Assembly: GCA_963724765.1 (NCBI GenBank)
Contig: CAVRVY010000004.1
Location: forward strand, 1,096,606-1,160,605
Direction: 5' to 3'
Length of the DNA: 64,000 bases
Origin: an uncultured delta proteobacterium
GTDB taxonomy: Bacteria; Desulfobacterota; Binatia; Binatales; Binataceae
A program made the translations under genes and the position numbers. Positions 34,854 to 42,833 of this stretch are shown here, one piece after another. Every line of letters begins with the position of its first letter. Positions within the stretch are counted from its first letter, which is position 1. A model generated the notes under the pieces. It did not search any database. It worked only from the letters and a program-made list of their open reading frames with translations, and was not told the DNA's origin.

Positions 34854-35711
34854 TCAGGACACGGAGGATTGCGAAGCAACAGCCTCGCCATTTTCGAGCT
34901 TCCGCCGGTCGGAGGCAAAAAGCGAACGCCATCGGCGGCCGCGCTTCGAGAGGCTCTCGAAAAGCGCCTGCGCTGTTCGTCCGACCCACGGTATGCCAGC
35001 ACAGAGGTAAGTATGCTCTTTAATGAGCTGTCCTCCGAATGACATTTTGAACTGGGTTATCCCGTTGGTCTTGTCCTCCTGGATCCCACCAAGATCGTAG
35101 TTGTTAAACCCTTGTTCTCGATAGGCACATATCTCATGCCAATGGAGGAATCGATTTATGTTACCGCATAGGCGCGAGGTCTCGCGATCATCGAAACGCC
35201 GGCTGGCAGAATACAGAAGCCGCGCGCGGCCAATCTCGCCGTCGCGCAGCAGGACGTGTCCACACACGGGCTTTTCATCCAGGTATGCCATGAACGTGTC
35301 GGCGTATCCCTCGTATCGGCTGAGCGCGCTTTCATCGATCGCCAAAAGCTCCGGCTTCGAGCGGGCGAGATCGTAATAAAGTGCTAGAAATTCCGCGGCC
35401 ATCTCGGTACCGTCGCGGCGGATCCTGACCCGATTGCCCAGTTTTTCGGCCTGTCGAACCTCATAGCGAGTGTTCTTGGCGACCCCTTTCGAGATTGTAT
35501 CCAGTGAAGCAGTCAGATCTATGCATATCGTCGCGCTTCTATAGTGCCCGACCACACGATTTGCGATCGGAAGCTCGGTCGCGGTCCAGAATAACCTGGC
35601 TATTTGAGTCGGCTTTGAGTGCTCGGTCAGCTCGGTAAGCGCCCCCTCGGTGGGAAAAAACACCGCCTTGTATGGCAAGAGGCCTACCAGCTTGCGATCT
35701 ATCGTGATCAT
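34854..35711 (-). CDS. FemAB-like/GNAT-fold acyltransferase (PEP-CTERM-locus FemAB-related type)
   Basis: KNTRYEVRQAEK, LLYSAS...NRFLHWHEICAYREQGFNNYDLGG and ITQFKMSFGG resemble the FemAB-related family. The body of the gene is visibly more AT-rich than its surroundings. Confidence 0.65.
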   Translation of the reverse strand: MITIDRKLVGLLPYKAVFFPTEGALTELTEHSKPTQIARLFWTATELPIANRVVGHYRSATICIDLTASLDTISKGVAKNTRYEVRQAEKLGNRVRIRRDGTEMAAEFLALYYDLARSKPELLAIDESALSRYEGYADTFMAYLDEKPVCGHVLLRDGEIGRARLLYSASRRFDDRETSRLCGNINRFLHWHEICAYREQGFNNYDLGGIQEDKTNGITQFKMSFGGQLIKEHTYLCAGIPWVGRTAQALFESLSKRGRRWRSLFASDRRKLENGEAVASQSSVS

Positions 35712-36237
35712 TTAGTTCTGTCCTCGATCGTGCTCAATGCGCTTGCGCCACGTCAACGCGGCAGCATTAACGGCGATATAAATCGCTTCTCATAAGGTCC
35801 TGGGGTGAATGTCGCGGGGTGGGCGGGGAAGGGGACCCGGGTCGAGCATTTCTTTAGCCAAGGCAGCTCCTTGACGCAGCTCGCCAAGCACACTTTGCCA
35901 AGAGCCGATCATTGCCCATAAAGTTGAGCAATCCTGGTGCCAGCGGACGTTGCGGCAAAAACCTAAGCACTCAAGCGGAGTTTGGGCCGCTTTGCTGATT
36001 TCGCAGTAGTAAGCGTTCGGTAAAATGGTCCCTGGCACCGAAACAGTTGCTATGACCGCCTGGCAATTGTCGCCTGGTCTAATTTAACCTCAGGCCTGAA
36101 AAGGCGGCGCTCCAGGGCTGGGTAACAGGGGTGATTCCTGTAACCGCTACATTCGAGAGTCGCCGCCCTTGATAGTTTCGGCGCAACGCACGCTCGAACC
36201 GCACCGCACGGAATCATCCGGTGCGAATGGGGGGCCT

Positions 36238-36960
36238 CTACGAGGCGGCCGAACCAGGAGTCTGTTCGAGCCGATGCAGCGGTTTGCTACCGGAGAGCAC
36301 TGCGAATATCAAGTTGCGGTAAGAGCAAGCGACCTCGACGAATCCGGCTTCGCGCATCCACGCGAGCTGCTGGCCGACGCTCGCAGGCAAGTCCTGTTTC
36401 ATTCGCTCGAGCGCGGAGGTCAGGTCGCGCTCGCCGGCCTTCAACTCACGGGCGCGCTTGATCCACATGTCGCGCGCGCGGCGGTCGATAGCCGCGGTCT
36501 CGCCCGCGACCTGGTCCGCATTGATGAAGACGCCGCCGGGCGTCAGGTACTTGAAGATATCGGCGAAAAGATGGCGCTTGCCGATGTCGGGTAGATGATT
36601 GACCGCCAGGGCTGACACGACCGCGTCGTAGGACTTAGACGGGGCGGCCGCGGCGAAATCGGCGGTCACGAATCGCACGCGCTTGCCGAGCCGCTTCAAA
36701 CGCTGGCGCGCAACCATCAGCATCTCAGGCGTGAGGTCGAACAACGTGAGCCGCGCCTTCGGGAACGCTTCCGCGATCATCGCGGATAAGAGGCCGGTAC
36801 CGGCGCCCAAGTCGAGCACCTCGAAGCGAGCGTCGGGCGCGAATGGCAACAACTCGAGCGCCGCGCGATAGAAATCATCGAAGCATGGAACCAGCTTACG
36901 ACGCGCACGATCATACGTGTCGGCGCTGGCCGCGAACGCCTTGCGAACCGCCTGGGCCAT
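36238..36960 (-). CDS. Class I SAM-dependent methyltransferase
   Basis: Motif I VLDLGAGTGLLS, then LFDLTPEML and LTPGGVFINAD. The ORF is open up to a TTG at 37044. Confidence 0.8.
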   Translation of the reverse strand: MAQAVRKAFAASADTYDRARRKLVPCFDDFYRAALELLPFAPDARFEVLDLGAGTGLLSAMIAEAFPKARLTLFDLTPEMLMVARQRLKRLGKRVRFVTADFAAAAPSKSYDAVVSALAVNHLPDIGKRHLFADIFKYLTPGGVFINADQVAGETAAIDRRARDMWIKRARELKAGERDLTSALERMKQDLPASVGQQLAWMREAGFVEVACSYRNLIFAVLSGSKPLHRLEQTPGSAAS

Positions 36961-37154
36961 CCTGAGAAGCCTACCGATTGATCTTGCCTTGAGCGAGCCC
37001 TGGCTATCGGCATCTTGGCTACCCCGCGAAACTGATTGGAGCAAACAACTCTGGAAGGCGCATGCCCGCCATCCACCAATCGTGTCCTGCTCTAAGGTCC
37101 ATTACTCAGCTCGTTGATCTGGCGGTTCAGATAGCCTCCGATGCCGGGCCTGAC

Positions 37155-37451
37155 TTACTCCAAGGATGCACAACTTGGTCGGCAGTCGAGCGTCTGGGTC
37201 ATGTGGCAGGTATTCTGGCATTGTACCGTACATGCCGCGACGCCTTCGTCGTACTCATCGCCACTCAGGTTAAGACCGGTAATAGTACTCTGACAGGATG
37301 GTTCGCACTTGCAACTGCTACTGGTGAAGGTTTTGTTTAAGCAACTTCTTACACATACCGCAAATGGATGCATTGTCGGATTTGAAAATGTAAATCCCGG
37401 AAGAACCGCCATCAGGTAGATTCCTGCTACCAAACTCAATAGCCGCTTCAT
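37155..37451 (-). CDS. Small secreted cysteine-rich protein (10 Cys), unknown family
   Basis: GGGAGGAG RBS and signal peptide MKRLLSLVAGIYLMAVLPGFTFS. The mature part carries CX3C, CXCX3C, CX3CX3C and CX3C. It starts 62 nt downstream of the large secreted protein gene on the same strand. Confidence 0.6.
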   Translation of the reverse strand: MKRLLSLVAGIYLMAVLPGFTFSNPTMHPFAVCVRSCLNKTFTSSSCKCEPSCQSTITGLNLSGDEYDEGVAACTVQCQNTCHMTQTLDCRPSCASLE

Positions 37452-37513
37452 ATACTCTCCTCCCGCTCGCGATCTATGTCTCTAATAACCGCGCCGCCAG
37501 TTGATTGTCGATA

Positions 37514-39970
37514 TTAGTTACTCACGTTTACTGGCACCGATACAGTCGCGAGAACCGCGTTGCTGGTGGAAAATGCTTCGATCACCAACGTATGCGAGCC
37601 ATTGGATACGGTGGTGGTATCAAAGCTGATATTGCAACTGCCGCCTGACGGCGAGCATACATTACCGTCGCCGGTCCCATCTGGGTAATTCTTGGCCCAC
37701 GACACGCTCGACGACACCTGGGTTTGAATCGTGATCGTGCCGCTGATCGTCGCACCGCTGAGCGGCGACAAGACCGTAAGCGCCGTGGTCCCGACCGGAG
37801 TTGGAGTGGCGGTTGGCGTCGGCGCCGGGGTTGGCGTCTTGGCCGGCGTTGGCGTAACAACCGGAGTCGCAGTAACGGTTGGCGTCGGCGCCGGGGTTGG
37901 CGTCTTGGCCGGCGTTGGCGTAACAACCGGAGTCGCAGTAACGGTTGGCGTCGGCGCCGGGGTTGGCGTCTTGGCCGGCGTTGGCGTAACAACCGGAGTC
38001 GCAGTAACGGTTGGCGTCGGCGTAGAGCCATTGCTCACGGTCACTGCCACGGACACAGTAGCGAGAACCGCGTTGCTGGTGGAAAAGGCTTTGATCACCA
38101 ACGTATGCGAGCCATTGGACACGGTGGTGGTATCAAAGCTGATATTGCAGCTGCCGCCTGACGGCCCGCATATATTCCCGTTGCCGGTGCCATCTGGATA
38201 ATTTTTGGCCCACGACACGCTCGACGAGACCTTGGTTTGAATCGTGATCGTGCCACTGATGGTCGCGCCGTTGAGCGGCGACAAGACCGTAAGCGCCGTG
38301 GTCCCGACCGGAGTTGGAGTGGCGGTTGGCGTCGGCGCAGGGGTTGGCGTCTTGACCGGCGTTGGAGTAACGACCGGAGTCGGAGTAACGGTTGGCGCCC
38401 CAACCGGGGTTGGCGTGGGAGTCGCGCTCCTCGTGGACGTTGGGGACGCACTTGGTGTGGGGGTGGCTGTAGTGGTCGGAGTAGGAGTGGCCGATCCGGA
38501 GACAAATTCATTCAGCACGTTAGCGGTGATTTGCTCAGCAGCAGAGTTGACCAACGATGGAGAAGGGCTATAGGGGCTTACAGCGGACAGGCCATAGGTC
38601 CAATCCATGCTTCCGGTGGAAAATACCCATGCTCCACTGCTGGCCTGATACAGGCTCATGTTTGCAATCTGAGTTCCCTCATCTTGAAAAGGAGAGCTCG
38701 TCAGTGTAACTGTTCCCGTGGGCGAGCCCGCGTCTACGGCATCTACTTCGTAACCCAAGAGACCCGGCAAGCTATCACCACTTTGCAATCCGGAATTATT
38801 GAACACCCAGCTCGAGGTATCGCCGATTGCTATCGATGCACTAACTGGTTCGTAATCAATATACATCTGTCCGATCATGGCGTCTTCCGGCGTAGCAGGA
38901 TAAGACCCGTGTGGCAGGCGCCACTCGGTCGTAATCAGGTAATTGGTCGACGAATTGGCAGCGTCAGGATCCTGCGATGCGGCTTCTTTATAAGCTACTA
39001 TTGTGCGATTTGCGGCACCCGTCAGCGTGCTGGATTGGTAGCGAATCTGCCAAAAACATTCGTTCGCAGAAAAAAAGCCCAGGTTCACTCCAGCATCGCG
39101 CGCAGCGGTGACGTTGTTGCGCATTTCCCAAGACCAATATTCGTCATGACCTACGATTAGAAACCCTTTATGCTGGAGAATCAGCGCGGGGCTGGTGTGG
39201 GTATCCACATCCGTGGTGTAGGTCACGTTGTAACCCTGCTGTTCCAGAAAGGCCAGCATATTGAATTCCCAACTAAAAAAATCTCCCGTGCCACGATTAA
39301 TCGCAGCATATGGCCTGTTGTAGGAAACCATGACAGCGGGATAAGCACTTGACGACGCGCCCTCAGTATTAAGAGTGGGAGCTGACGAACTGTTGAAAGC
39401 GTAAAGGGATTTACCACCCCAATCGTTGTAAGCCTGATAAGTGTTTGTACTTTGTTGAAACAGCAGATCGGAGGTGCTGGAATCATTTCTGACTACGAAT
39501 ATGATATATGACTGCAAACCCGAGGTGGTTCCCGTCAGCTTAGCCAGGTAGATTCCGCTCGTCCAGTTACTTCCTGTGGTGAGAACGTAGGGGTTGATCC
39601 AATTGCACTCTAAGAACCCAGTGGTGGGATCAGGAGTCGGAATCGTTTGATTCGTGCCGGCGACGGTAACGGGCCCGAACATCAGCCGGGCACCGAGCCC
39701 TTGGTAGTAACCCATCCGGTAAACCGAGATTTGATATTGTGGGTCGGTGGTCGTAACAAAAAGCGAAATCTGCCCGCCTTGATTCACGCTTGTAAGATTG
39801 GCGTAACCAGCGATTGTATTGTCGGATGCAGGATTGGTAAGCAACCAGTTGGGTGTGCCTGGATTCGCGTTTTCTATCTGAATCGGGTTCTGCGACGAGG
39901 CGATGATCAGGCGCAACAACATCAGTGCAAATATTGCAGTCGCCACAGAGACAATTAGAAATTTTTTCAT
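37514..39970 (-). CDS. Large secreted protein: N,N-dimethylformamidase-beta-subunit-like domain plus Pro/Thr linkers plus two Ig-like domains
   Basis: Signal peptide MKKFLIVSVATAIFALML. The N-terminal region IENANPGTPNWLL...ISVYRMGYYQGLGARL...GIYLAKL...HDEYWSWEMR resembles the DMFase large-subunit-like family (from memory). Two roughly 90-aa near-identical C-terminal modules are separated by TPTP-type repeats. The ORF is open up to 40138. Confidence 0.7.
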   Translation of the reverse strand: MKKFLIVSVATAIFALMLLRLIIASSQNPIQIENANPGTPNWLLTNPASDNTIAGYANLTSVNQGGQISLFVTTTDPQYQISVYRMGYYQGLGARLMFGPVTVAGTNQTIPTPDPTTGFLECNWINPYVLTTGSNWTSGIYLAKLTGTTSGLQSYIIFVVRNDSSTSDLLFQQSTNTYQAYNDWGGKSLYAFNSSSAPTLNTEGASSSAYPAVMVSYNRPYAAINRGTGDFFSWEFNMLAFLEQQGYNVTYTTDVDTHTSPALILQHKGFLIVGHDEYWSWEMRNNVTAARDAGVNLGFFSANECFWQIRYQSSTLTGAANRTIVAYKEAASQDPDAANSSTNYLITTEWRLPHGSYPATPEDAMIGQMYIDYEPVSASIAIGDTSSWVFNNSGLQSGDSLPGLLGYEVDAVDAGSPTGTVTLTSSPFQDEGTQIANMSLYQASSGAWVFSTGSMDWTYGLSAVSPYSPSPSLVNSAAEQITANVLNEFVSGSATPTPTTTATPTPSASPTSTRSATPTPTPVGAPTVTPTPVVTPTPVKTPTPAPTPTATPTPVGTTALTVLSPLNGATISGTITIQTKVSSSVSWAKNYPDGTGNGNICGPSGGSCNISFDTTTVSNGSHTLVIKAFSTSNAVLATVSVAVTVSNGSTPTPTVTATPVVTPTPAKTPTPAPTPTVTATPVVTPTPAKTPTPAPTPTVTATPVVTPTPAKTPTPAPTPTATPTPVGTTALTVLSPLSGATISGTITIQTQVSSSVSWAKNYPDGTGDGNVCSPSGGSCNISFDTTTVSNGSHTLVIEAFSTSNAVLATVSVPVNVSN
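37517..37830. repeat. Copy A of a roughly 300-bp direct duplication (Ig-like module)
   Basis: Aligns by eye with 38030-38345 with only scattered substitutions. The protein modules GTTALTVLSPL(S/N)GATISGTITIQT...SNGSHTLVI(E/K)AFSTSNAVLATVSV are nearly identical. Confidence 0.8.
37811..38023. repeat. Perfect 66-bp tandem repeat, 3.2 copies, in frame inside the CDS
   Basis: The unit ggttggcgtcggcgccggggttggcgtcttggccggcgttggcgtaacaaccggagtcgcagtaac occurs at 37811-37876, 37877-37942 and 37943-38008, with a partial copy to 38023. I saw no mismatch. It encodes a 22-aa Pro/Thr/Val/Ala unit. Confidence 0.9.
38030..38345. repeat. Copy B of the roughly 300-bp direct duplication
   Basis: See copy A. 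Confidence 0.8.
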
Positions 39971-40494
39971 CAAAAATCCCCCGCGTCGGACGGCTGCCGA
40001 CTCAACAGATTGGGGTCGGTCAGGACGTTCGGTGTTAAAAATCGACCTCGGCTCGACGAGTCCAGAGTAAAACTTGCAAGTCCGGGTATAGCGAAACTTG
40101 GAAGGTTGCAACTCTTGGTAAGTTACTTGCCCGAGCAATAACCGTTCCTTGTTGCGTAGGGAAGAAGTAAGCGGCAGTGTGGCACTTTCAAGAAGAATCA
40201 GATGCTGTTCGGTTAGTTAAAGTTACTATGGTGGAACGAATTGCATGTAGAATTTCCCTTCTGTAAGAGCCTCGGGCGTTTTGGAGAATTTACCTGTCTT
40301 GGGCATGTGAACGCGGCAGATGCGGTGTCTCGGACGCGAAACAGCAGCAAGCCGAGCATCGAGCGCGTAACGCCCGGTCCATCCTGAGGAACCTCGCGCA
40401 TTGACCGTTTCTTGAGCGCGTCGTGGGCCCGTGATTTGACACTGGCGAAGATGAAGTGAAAGTCTGTTGGCAACCCAGCCAACGCGGAGGCAGC

Positions 40495-40887
40495 ATGGCA
40501 ACCGTGAAGCTTATTGAGTACGGCGACGGAAGCCCGGAGGTCCGGGCCGTCTATGACGACATCATGGCTACCCGGAAAACTGATTGGATCAACAATTTCT
40601 GGAAGGCGCTCGCCCACCATCCACAGACCCTCAGGCGAACCTGGGAAAGCGTCAAGGAGGTGATGGCGCCGGGCGCCCTCGATCCGCTGGTCAAGGAGAT
40701 GATCTATATCGCGGTCAGCGCGACCAATGGCTGCGAATATTGCATCCGGTCGCATACCGCGGGCGCGCGCAAGGCAGGCATGACCGAGACCATGCTCGGC
40801 GAACTGATGGCGGTCGTTGGAATGGCGAACGAGACGAATCGCCTGGCCAACGGCTATCAGGTCGACATCGACGAACCCTTCAAATAG
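40495..40887 (+). CDS. Carboxymuconolactone decarboxylase/AhpD-like family protein
   Basis: GGAGG RBS and the CxxC motif in AVSATNGCEYCIRSHT. Confidence 0.85.
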   Translation: MATVKLIEYGDGSPEVRAVYDDIMATRKTDWINNFWKALAHHPQTLRRTWESVKEVMAPGALDPLVKEMIYIAVSATNGCEYCIRSHTAGARKAGMTETMLGELMAVVGMANETNRLANGYQVDIDEPFK

Positions 40888-40936
40888 TAATGTTGTCCGT
40901 CTCTTGCGTTACTCTATTTAGAGGACTGAGACAGAG

Positions 40937-41356
40937 ATGATAACGGGCGGATGCTTGTGCGGAGCTGTACGATACGAGGCTCAGGGGAATCCCCTGTTTG
41001 CGGTTCACTGCCACTGCCGCGACTGCCAGCGGGCATCTGGAACCGGGCATGTGCCGGTTATGGGTATGCCAAAGCCGCTGTTTAGGGTCACGGGCAAGAC
41101 CAGGAGCTACGCGGCGGCGGGAATGAGCGGACTAAAGTCCATCCGGCACTTCTGTTTGACTTGCGGCAGCCTCCTCTTCGGAATGCCTGAGGTTGCCCCG
41201 GACGCCGTCAGCGTCTATGTCGGTAGCCTGGACGACCCGTCGGTGTTTCGGCCAGAGGCTATTCTATTCGCGCGCGATCGTCCGAGTTGGGATGGGATCG
41301 TGGGAGGCCTGCCGGAATTCGATACGATGCCTGTGCCACCGACGAATGCCCAGTGA
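40937..41356 (+). CDS. GFA (glutathione-dependent formaldehyde-activating/CENP-V-like) family protein
   Basis: GGCLCGAVRYE...HCHCRDCQRASG...FCLTCGS, the zinc-binding Cys pattern of the family. Confidence 0.85.
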   Translation: MITGGCLCGAVRYEAQGNPLFAVHCHCRDCQRASGTGHVPVMGMPKPLFRVTGKTRSYAAAGMSGLKSIRHFCLTCGSLLFGMPEVAPDAVSVYVGSLDDPSVFRPEAILFARDRPSWDGIVGGLPEFDTMPVPPTNAQ

Positions 41357-41506
41357 GCGAGTGAAACTCGGGCGCGCGATTCAACGTCTCTGACGGGCCG
41401 CCCTATGCGCCTCGGATTTCGCAAACCGCAACCCCTGGTCGCTTGATTTCAGCATCAGCCCAGAATCCAACTTGCCCGCTGGCCAGAACTGCGTTTGTAT
41501 AACCGG

Positions 41507-42195
41507 GTGTATAATGCACCGGTTGCTGATACCTCGCTCGTCGGCTGTCCCCACTGCGATCTGGTGCAGCGACTGCCTGATCTCGCGCCGGGCGCCTCGG
41601 CGCGATGCCCGCGCTGTAACGAGGAACTGTGGCGGCGGCACGAGGACCATCTGAACCGGACGCTCCGCTGACGATCGCAGCCGCGGTGCTGTACGTCATA
41701 GCGAATACCGTTCCCATGCTCGGCCTTACGATCGTTGGGCGCGAAGCCTCGACCACCGTGATCGGAGGCGCCGAGCACCTGTGGCAGGACGGGCAGAAGA
41801 TCGTCGGCGCCCTCGTACTGTTCACCGCCGTCATCGCACCCGCGCTGCAGATCGGTTTCATGCTGGCGATCACGCTCGGAGCCCATCGCGAACGCCCACG
41901 AAAATGGGTGGGAACGCTGCTCCGCCATCACCCGACCACGCGGCTGTGGAGCATGATCGAGGTCATGCTGCTCGGCGTGCTGGTGGCGCTCATCAAGATT
42001 GCTGATTAAGCGACGGTAATTCCGGGGATGGCGCTGTTCGTGCTGGGGGCGCTCGTTTTCCTGCTCGCCGCGATCCAGGCGAACTTCGACGCGCGCGAGG
42101 TGTGGGACAGGATCGAGTGGGCGGACGCAAGCTCGCGTCCCGAGCATGCTGACGACCGGCACGCTGACAATCGAATGGCCGAGGCAAGGTGGTGA
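41507..42195 (+). pseudogene. PqiA-family (paraquat-inducible protein A-like) membrane protein, first copy, disrupted
   Basis: The N-terminal zinc-ribbon CPHCDLV...CPRCNEEL, read from the GTG at 41507, stops at 41669-41671. The PqiA body (LTIAAAVLYVIANTVPML...) continues in another frame. An in-frame TAA at 42007-42009 is followed by ATVIPGMALFVLGALVFLLAA..., running to the TGA at 42193-42195. Confidence 0.7.
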
Positions 42196-42833
42196 GCGCC
42201 GCTGCGCCAACCGCGATGCAGCAGGGGCTGCAGAGCTGCGATACGTGCGGTCTGCTTTCCCGCCCCGTGCCGGGCGCGAGCGATGGCCGCTGTCCGCGCT
42301 GCGATGAGGAGCTGGCATTTCGCAAACCCGACAGCCTCCAGCGTACCTGGGCTTTCCTGATCGCCGCGGCGGTCTGTTACATCCCGGCCAACGTCCTTCC
42401 CGTCTTGACCACGACCACCGCCGCCGGCGCCGAGTCTGACACCATCCTGCAGGGCGTCGTGCTGCTGTGGTCGCCAAGCGGATGGCCGCTGTCGATCATC
42501 GTACTCGTCGCGAGCATCATGATTCCGAGCGCCAAGATCCTCGCGCTGGCCTACCTGCTCATCAGCGTGCAGCGCGGTTCGATCAAGAATAACCAGCAGC
42601 GTATCCGGCTGTATCGGACCGTCGAATTCATCGGACGCTGGTCGATGGTCGACGTGTTTGTCGACACCTTTACCGCCGCGCTCATCCAACTTCAGCCGCT
42701 GATGTCGGTCGAGCCGGGGCCGGGCCTGTTCTTCTTCGCCGCGGTCGTGGTGCTGACGATGCTTGCGGCTGAATCCTTTGACCCTCGATTGATCTGGGAT
42801 GCCACAAATATGAAAGAGGTTCGACATGGCTGA
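42189..42833 (+). CDS. PqiA-family membrane protein, second copy (intact)
   Basis: CDTCGLL...CPRCDEEL zinc ribbon, CYIPANVLPVL and GRWSMVDVFV. The GTG start overlaps the upstream stop. Confidence 0.8.
   Translation: MVSAAAPTAMQQGLQSCDTCGLLSRPVPGASDGRCPRCDEELAFRKPDSLQRTWAFLIAAAVCYIPANVLPVLTTTTAAGAESDTILQGVVLLWSPSGWPLSIIVLVASIMIPSAKILALAYLLISVQRGSIKNNQQRIRLYRTVEFIGRWSMVDVFVDTFTAALIQLQPLMSVEPGPGLFFFAAVVVLTMLAAESFDPRLIWDATNMKEVRHG

Noticed and set aside
35790-36038. An 82-aa minus-strand ORF (MPGTILPNAYYCEISKAAQ...) between the methyltransferase and FemAB-like genes, considered as another small Cys-containing protein.
   Set aside because: It has no RBS, no signal peptide or recognisable motif, and a Pro/Arg-rich tail. 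It could be real, but the evidence is insufficient to call it.
36026-36045. TGGCAC...TTGC in ctggcaccgaaacagttgct as a sigma-54 promoter.
   Set aside because: The GG-to-GC spacing is 13 nt, not the required 10, and no downstream gene lies in that orientation.
37155-37451. The Cys-rich small protein as a PEP-CTERM sorting substrate or a radical-SAM RiPP precursor (SCIFF-like).
   Set aside because: It has no PEP motif, C-terminal TM helix or Arg cluster. No radical-SAM maturase is nearby; the adjacent enzyme is a class I methyltransferase. It carries a Sec signal peptide.
37811-38023. Regularly spaced identical repeats as a possible CRISPR array.
   Set aside because: The units are directly tandem with no spacers. 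They are 66 bp long, in frame inside a long CDS, and encode a Pro/Thr linker. No cas genes are present.
11236-42009. In-frame TAA codons in xfp (11236-11238) and pqiA1 (42007-42009) as evidence for stop-codon reassignment or programmed readthrough.
   Set aside because: TAA clearly terminates several well-delimited genes in the same window, with stops at 621-623, 21429-21431 and 22971-22973 followed by intergenic DNA or the next gene's RBS. Point nonsense mutations or errors are the simpler explanation.
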